Shown here piece after piece: positions 59,226 through 64,000 of a stretch of DNA of 64,000 bases. Location: assembly GCA_016208765.1 (NCBI GenBank), contig JACQXK010000032.1:54385-118384 (forward strand), read 5' to 3'. The position numbers and the translations under genes are program-made. The stretch's first letter is position 1. Each line of letters begins with the position of its first letter. This stretch comes from Candidatus Omnitrophota bacterium (GTDB taxonomy: Bacteria; Omnitrophota; Gorgyraeia; Gygaellales; Profunditerraquicolaceae). Under the pieces are notes generated by a model. The model ran no database searches. It was not told the DNA's origin and saw nothing but the letters and a program-made list of their open reading frames with translations.

Positions 59226-59577
59226 CAAAACGTTTCCCTTCCAAATATTTTCCCAACGCAAGGATAGAAATAAAACTCTGCAAAGCCCAGGCAATGCCAA
59301 TATCAATATACCAGTCACGCCCGGTAGAAATACCAAGAATTGCGCAAAAACCCAGGATCAAAATGCCAAAAACATCTAACGCTACAACTCTATCTGCCGG
59401 AGACGGCCCGCGCACCACCCTCCACAGGCACATAAGAGCACAAAGAAACATAATAAAGAATGCCCTTTTTAAAAACTCTGACTGCCATTCCAACAAAGAA
59501 GGCAAAGGCAAATATAATATTGCCCAAATAGCCAAACCAAACACTAATAACCCTAAAAACCAACGCAACCTTCTCAT
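59218..59577 (-). CDS. Mrp/Mbh subunit F (MnhF-like)
   Basis: RVVRGPSPADRVVALD and FISILALGKYL. Confidence 0.88.
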   Translation of the reverse strand: MRRLRWFLGLLVFGLAIWAILYLPLPSLLEWQSEFLKRAFFIMFLCALMCLWRVVRGPSPADRVVALDVFGILILGFCAILGISTGRDWYIDIGIAWALQSFISILALGKYLEGKRFDE

Positions 59578-60071
59578 TCAAAAATCCTCACTAAGATCTT
59601 TTCAAATTTATGCACGATCATCTTTGTTGCGCCATCTACATCCTGAGTCTTCACATCAACCCAGTGCACATACAAATAACCCTTCTCCTTATCCACATCC
59701 ACGGTCATTGTGCCAGGCTTTAAAGAAAGCGTATTCGCTAAGATTGTTATCGCTGTATCTGAGCGAAGGACCGTCTTTACTTTAACAATTCCCGGATTTA
59801 ACGGCACATCAGGATGAATCACCCGGTAAGCTCCGTCCAGATTAGCCTTAAAGCATTCCCAGAGAAAAAGCGGTATATAATATAAAAACCAAAGATAACG
59901 AAAGATGTTACGAAAAATATTGGGGCTTGCAGTAAACAAATCCGCGGTCATAAAAGAAACAAACACCGCCACAACTAAGCCCACAAAAACATTCTGCACA
60001 TGGACAGACCAAGTTAAAAGGATCCATGCCATAAATGCCAATGAAAAAAGTATTACGCGTATTCTAATCAT
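59574..60071 (-). CDS. Mrp/Mbh subunit E (MnhE-like)
   Basis: KANLD, PGIV, LANTLSL.PGT and LYVHW. Confidence 0.88.
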   Translation of the reverse strand: MIRIRVILFSLAFMAWILLTWSVHVQNVFVGLVVAVFVSFMTADLFTASPNIFRNIFRYLWFLYYIPLFLWECFKANLDGAYRVIHPDVPLNPGIVKVKTVLRSDTAITILANTLSLKPGTMTVDVDKEKGYLYVHWVDVKTQDVDGATKMIVHKFEKILVRIFE

Positions 60072-60074
60072 ATT

Positions 60075-61541
60075 CTATTGAATAATTACTGCCGCGCCAT
60101 AACCATTGCCCACCAATAAAGCATTAACTGCAGAATCAAGGGCCAGTTTTAACTGCGGCAAGAAAACCATTCCTGTTAAAAGGCAAATTACCGCCAGCAC
60201 AACCATGGAAAATTTCATTCCAAAATGCAGGCTTTTCAAATCTTCTTTCATCCCGGAGCGTAATTTACCAAAAAATACAAAGGATTGAAATTTTAGATAA
60301 TAAACTAAAGTCAAAACGCTAACGAGTATAGCTACTATACTAAAAACAATATGCCCTGCCTGCACAGCTGCGGTAATAATCATAAGCTTACTCCAAAACC
60401 CTCCAAATGGAGGAACCCCGGAAATACTCATTGAACCAAAAAGGCTGGTAAATCCAACTAAAGGGATCTTTTGATTTAAACCGCCCAATTTATTAATGTC
60501 TCTGGTGCCGGTAGCATGTTCAATTGCCCCGGCATTAAGAAACAATAACGATTTAGAGGCCGCATGATTAAGGATATGAAATAAGCCTCCTGCAATAGCC
60601 AGAGGCGTCCCAACCCCAAAAGCAAAAGCAATATAACCAACCTGGCTGATAGTTGAATAAGCAAGCATTCTTTTAATATCGGTCTGGGCCATCGCTAATA
60701 ATGCCCCGACTACCATTGACAAAACCCCGAAAAACATCAATGCAAAAAATACTTTTCCTGAGGATATGCTGAATAAATTAAAGAAAACCCTGCTCAAAGC
60801 ATACAATCCCAGAGTTTTAACAAAAACACCTGACAGCATTGCAGAAACAGGGCTCGGCGCAGAAGAATGTGCGTCCGGAAGCCAGGCATGAAAAGGAACA
60901 AGCGCTGCTTTTAAGCCAAACCCGGCAAGAAAAAGGACGCTTACAAAACTGACTAAAACACTTCCGGGATTACCGGATACAATCAAGGCGATATCAGCCA
61001 TATTTAACGTTGATGTATAGCTATACAAAAGAGCAATGCCCAAAAGAATAAAAACAGAAGCAATAGCGCCCATGATCGCATACTTAAAGGAAGCTTCCAG
61101 GTCTTCGGGCTCAATACCAAAAGCTACCAAAGCATAAGCTGCAATAGATGCCACTTCAAGAAAAATATAAAGATTGAATAAATCTCCGCTTATAATGATC
61201 CCGTTCATACCGGCTAACATCAGCATAAAAAGAGAATAAAATTTCCATTTGTCTGTAAAACCGCGCATATACTGACAGGAATAAATTATCACCAAAAGAG
61301 CAACCAAATTTACAATGCAAAGCATAAAAACCGTCAACCCGTCGGCAACTAAACACACCCCCAGGGGTATTGACCATCCGGAAATTTTGTAAATCACCAC
61401 ACCGGAAGCATTGACTATTTTCATGAGATACACGGACATAGCTGTCACTAACAAGACAGCCTGATTGCGCAATCTGCCTAAAAGCACAATAAGAAATGCT
61501 GTAAATAGCGGGATAAGGCTAAAGAAAATCAAAAGCTTCAT
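60075..61541 (-). CDS. Mrp subunit D / NuoM-like proton-translocating subunit
   Basis: GDLFNLYIFLE, GFGLKAALVPFHAWLPDAH, DIKRMLAYSTISQVG and GVPPFGGFWSK. Confidence 0.9.
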   Translation of the reverse strand: MKLLIFFSLIPLFTAFLIVLLGRLRNQAVLLVTAMSVYLMKIVNASGVVIYKISGWSIPLGVCLVADGLTVFMLCIVNLVALLVIIYSCQYMRGFTDKWKFYSLFMLMLAGMNGIIISGDLFNLYIFLEVASIAAYALVAFGIEPEDLEASFKYAIMGAIASVFILLGIALLYSYTSTLNMADIALIVSGNPGSVLVSFVSVLFLAGFGLKAALVPFHAWLPDAHSSAPSPVSAMLSGVFVKTLGLYALSRVFFNLFSISSGKVFFALMFFGVLSMVVGALLAMAQTDIKRMLAYSTISQVGYIAFAFGVGTPLAIAGGLFHILNHAASKSLLFLNAGAIEHATGTRDINKLGGLNQKIPLVGFTSLFGSMSISGVPPFGGFWSKLMIITAAVQAGHIVFSIVAILVSVLTLVYYLKFQSFVFFGKLRSGMKEDLKSLHFGMKFSMVVLAVICLLTGMVFLPQLKLALDSAVNALLVGNGYGAAVIIQ

Positions 61542-61876
61542 CCTTTTAGCCTCCGGATTTTAGTAATATCAAATGTGCCGTGTTTTTCATATATCCTTAA
61601 AGCCAATGCCACCAGGATTACCATCACTGCCAAACCAATAACGATTGTCGTTAAAACCATTGCCTGCGGCAAAGGATCAACCATATTTAAAATTTCCTGA
61701 TCATTAGCCGATATAGGAGCGCGCCCATTTTGGCGGTAACCGATCAAAATTAACAACAAATTTACCGCATACTCAATAATACCCACTCCCACAATGATCT
61801 TAATAATATTTCTTTTGCGTAAAACACAATACAAGCCGATACAAAATAAAATCAGGCACAGAAAATAAAGGCTCAT
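61538..61876 (-). CDS. Mrp subunit C (MnhC-like)
   Basis: DPLPQAMVLTTIVIG. Confidence 0.92.
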   Translation of the reverse strand: MSLYFLCLILFCIGLYCVLRKRNIIKIIVGVGIIEYAVNLLLILIGYRQNGRAPISANDQEILNMVDPLPQAMVLTTIVIGLAVMVILVALALRIYEKHGTFDITKIRRLKG

Positions 61877-62310
61877 TTCTTCTCTCTCTTACCGGTTAAT
61901 AACACCAATGCCAAAAAAGTAATAAACAGGCCGCTGGACACCAAAACACCAATCACGACATCATAAATCGGGATCAATCCGGCGCTAAAATGTTCAAATC
62001 TCTCTTTTAAAAACGGGGCCTTAAATCCCAGAAAACCCACAATTCCTAAGATCAAAAATGCCAACGCTCCGAGGCTTGAAATAATTATTCCTCTGGCTTC
62101 ATCAAGCCTTTTTAAGACCACGTCTTTCCCAAAAGCAAGCATCAAATGCACCAAAGACAATGCAATAATCACGCCGCCAGCAAAACCACCGCCGGGCCCG
62201 ATATGCCCTCTAAAAACAATATAGATCCCATAAATTAAAATAAGCCCGGCAGTCAGGCGCGTCACAGACTTAACAATCAGGCTCATACCCGGAGCTTCTT
62301 TATTTTTCAT
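61873..62310 (-). CDS. MnhB-domain subunit
   Basis: GH.GPGGGFAGG. Start set at MKNKEA. Confidence 0.88.
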   Translation of the reverse strand: MKNKEAPGMSLIVKSVTRLTAGLILIYGIYIVFRGHIGPGGGFAGGVIIALSLVHLMLAFGKDVVLKRLDEARGIIISSLGALAFLILGIVGFLGFKAPFLKERFEHFSAGLIPIYDVVIGVLVSSGLFITFLALVLLTGKREKK

Positions 62311-62821
62311 CAATTTTTCCCGTCTTTCTGGTAATCGCCAATACTCCGATAATCGCGGTAAAAAGCACTGCTGCTTCAGCCAACGCGTCAAAACTTCTGA
62401 AATTTAAAGTAATCGCTGAAACAATATTTGCAGACCCTGTCTTCTCAAGCCCGCTTGTAACATACTCGTTGGAAACCCTCATCAAAGGTTGCCCAAAAAC
62501 AGGGATCTCTTTTAAAGCAAAGTAAGCAAAACTCAAAAACACAATCGCAAATAACATAGCTGAAACCGTATTAAAAAGCCAACGCCCATCACGAACCAGG
62601 GGCAGATCTTTATCAATAGTGGCGCGGATTAAAATGATCACATAAATAATTTCAACAACTAATTGTGTAATAGCCAAGTTCGGCGCCTTAAGGATCAAAA
62701 ATGCCAAACATAAGCCAAGCCCGGCAACGCTTAAGGCGATTAGGCTTGAAATCAAATCCTTGGTCTCTGCTGCGAACAGCGCAGCGCAAATCATAAAAAT
62801 AAGTATAAGATGGATTTCCAT
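62300..62821 (-). CDS. DUF4040/MbhD-MbhE-like membrane subunit
   Basis: APNLAITQ and NIVSAITLNFRSFDALAE. Confidence 0.85.
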   Translation of the reverse strand: MEIHLILIFMICAALFAAETKDLISSLIALSVAGLGLCLAFLILKAPNLAITQLVVEIIYVIILIRATIDKDLPLVRDGRWLFNTVSAMLFAIVFLSFAYFALKEIPVFGQPLMRVSNEYVTSGLEKTGSANIVSAITLNFRSFDALAEAAVLFTAIIGVLAITRKTGKIDEK

Positions 62822-62830
62822 TTTAAAGCT

Positions 62831-64000
62831 TTACCTCAAAAAGAAAAATAGTCCCAGCATCCCTAACAGCATCCAAATCAGATAAGTAGGCATAATGCCG
62901 TTATGCAGGAAACGTAAAAAATCTGATACCCTGAAAATCTTTTTCCCTTGCTCATAAATATCAAATACCCCTGCCTCTGCTTTCTTATAAACCATACGCA
63001 TAAGGCCTATATCTTTCACTGTATTATAAAATTCCGTTCCGGTAACCGCGTGCGCATCAGAATCCAATGCCTCTCCGCCAACAAAAGCCTGATCCTTACG
63101 GTAAACCGTTTTAGTGTTCAAATAAAATATTACAACCCCGCTAAATAAAGCGATCATTATTATTAACGTTGTAACCCCTGCATACCATCCTGAGAAAACA
63201 ATATTACCTAAAATAGGCTGAATAAAATAACGCAATGGTATCTGATTCGCAAACACGCCAAAAACTACGCAAATCAATGCCAGGATTGCAGGCGGCATCC
63301 ACATCTGCCATTTTACTTCGCTTATTTCTTTATTCTCCTGCTGGTTCATTCTCTGGCCCAAAAATACCGCATGTATCAATTTCATAAAACTGGCTAAAGT
63401 CAGGCTTGAGCCAAACATTGCCGCAACCAAACAAAACGCAACAATTAAACCGTTAAACCCTGAGCTCAGACGCTCAATTACACCCTGATAGATCATCCAT
63501 TTAGACACAAATCCGTTAAAAGGAGGTATGCCGCAAATAGAAAAAGAGGCAAACAAACAGCTAATATAGGTAATAGGCATGGTTTTCGCCAATCCGCCCA
63601 ATTTATTCAACTCCGTAGTCCCTGTTTTTTGCTCTACATTACCGGCTGCCAGGAAAAAACATTGTTTATAAATAGAATTATTAAGCATGTGGAAAATTGC
63701 TCCGGCAATACCAACAGCCGTGCCGGTTCCAATACCTAAGAGCATGTAACCTACCTGTGAAACAGCGTGATACCCCAACAGCCTTTTCATATTATGCTGA
63801 ATTAATGCCATCATTACCGCGGCAATAATTGTAACGGCGCCTGCGATCATCAGAAACATGTTCACCGCCGGGCTTAGCACAAATAAGTACAAAGAAATGC
63901 GCGCTAATAAATAGATCCCCAGCAATTTATCCACTGCCGCAGGAAGGTACGCCACAACGGGTAAAGGCGCCTTATCAGCACAATCAGGTATCCAGGAATG
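62831..64000 (-). CDS. NuoL/MrpA-like proton-conducting membrane subunit, 5'-partial
   Basis: The frame is open to the window end (HSWIPD...). It has KRLLGYHAVSQVGY and GIPPFNGFVSKW. Confidence 0.88.
   Translation of the reverse strand, partial: HSWIPDCADKAPLPVVAYLPAAVDKLLGIYLLARISLYLFVLSPAVNMFLMIAGAVTIIAAVMMALIQHNMKRLLGYHAVSQVGYMLLGIGTGTAVGIAGAIFHMLNNSIYKQCFFLAAGNVEQKTGTTELNKLGGLAKTMPITYISCLFASFSICGIPPFNGFVSKWMIYQGVIERLSSGFNGLIVAFCLVAAMFGSSLTLASFMKLIHAVFLGQRMNQQENKEISEVKWQMWMPPAILALICVVFGVFANQIPLRYFIQPILGNIVFSGWYAGVTTLIIMIALFSGVVIFYLNTKTVYRKDQAFVGGEALDSDAHAVTGTEFYNTVKDIGLMRMVYKKAEAGVFDIYEQGKKIFRVSDFLRFLHNGIMPTYLIWMLLGMLGLFFFLR

Overview
This is a ~38-40% GC (estimated by eye) bacterial chromosomal segment, mostly encoded on the minus strand. 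Gene content and style suggest an anaerobic diderm such as Candidatus Omnitrophota, which is an inference. Housekeeping genes include nth, a CCA-adding enzyme, nrdR, a dCMP deaminase, glyA, rpiB, a TsaC-phosphatase fusion, purE/D/M/F/Q/L/B/N and eno. The window also holds an FtsH paralog, a full Rnf complex in the order C-G-D-E-A-B, cspA, three tRNAs (fMet, Thr, Phe), a lipoprotein cluster beside tRNA-Phe, a frameshifted NSS transporter, a GH1 glycosidase, a cNMP/P-loop/patatin protein, and the distal end of an Mrp-linked membrane-bound hydrogenase-like operon. The most striking unannotated signal lies at 338-1019 (minus strand), below the ORF-track cut-off. It runs promoter, c-di-GMP-I-type riboswitch, intrinsic terminator, three covarying bulged hairpins, then two paralogous Arg/His-rich micropeptides (42 and 37 aa). 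The same hairpin motif recurs in the cspA leader. Both c-di-GMP-I aptamers in the window carry a similar 42-44 nt twin-hairpin insertion. Short palindromes and 7-8 nt tandem repeats are inserted in frame in conserved genes, notably purM, purQ and purL.
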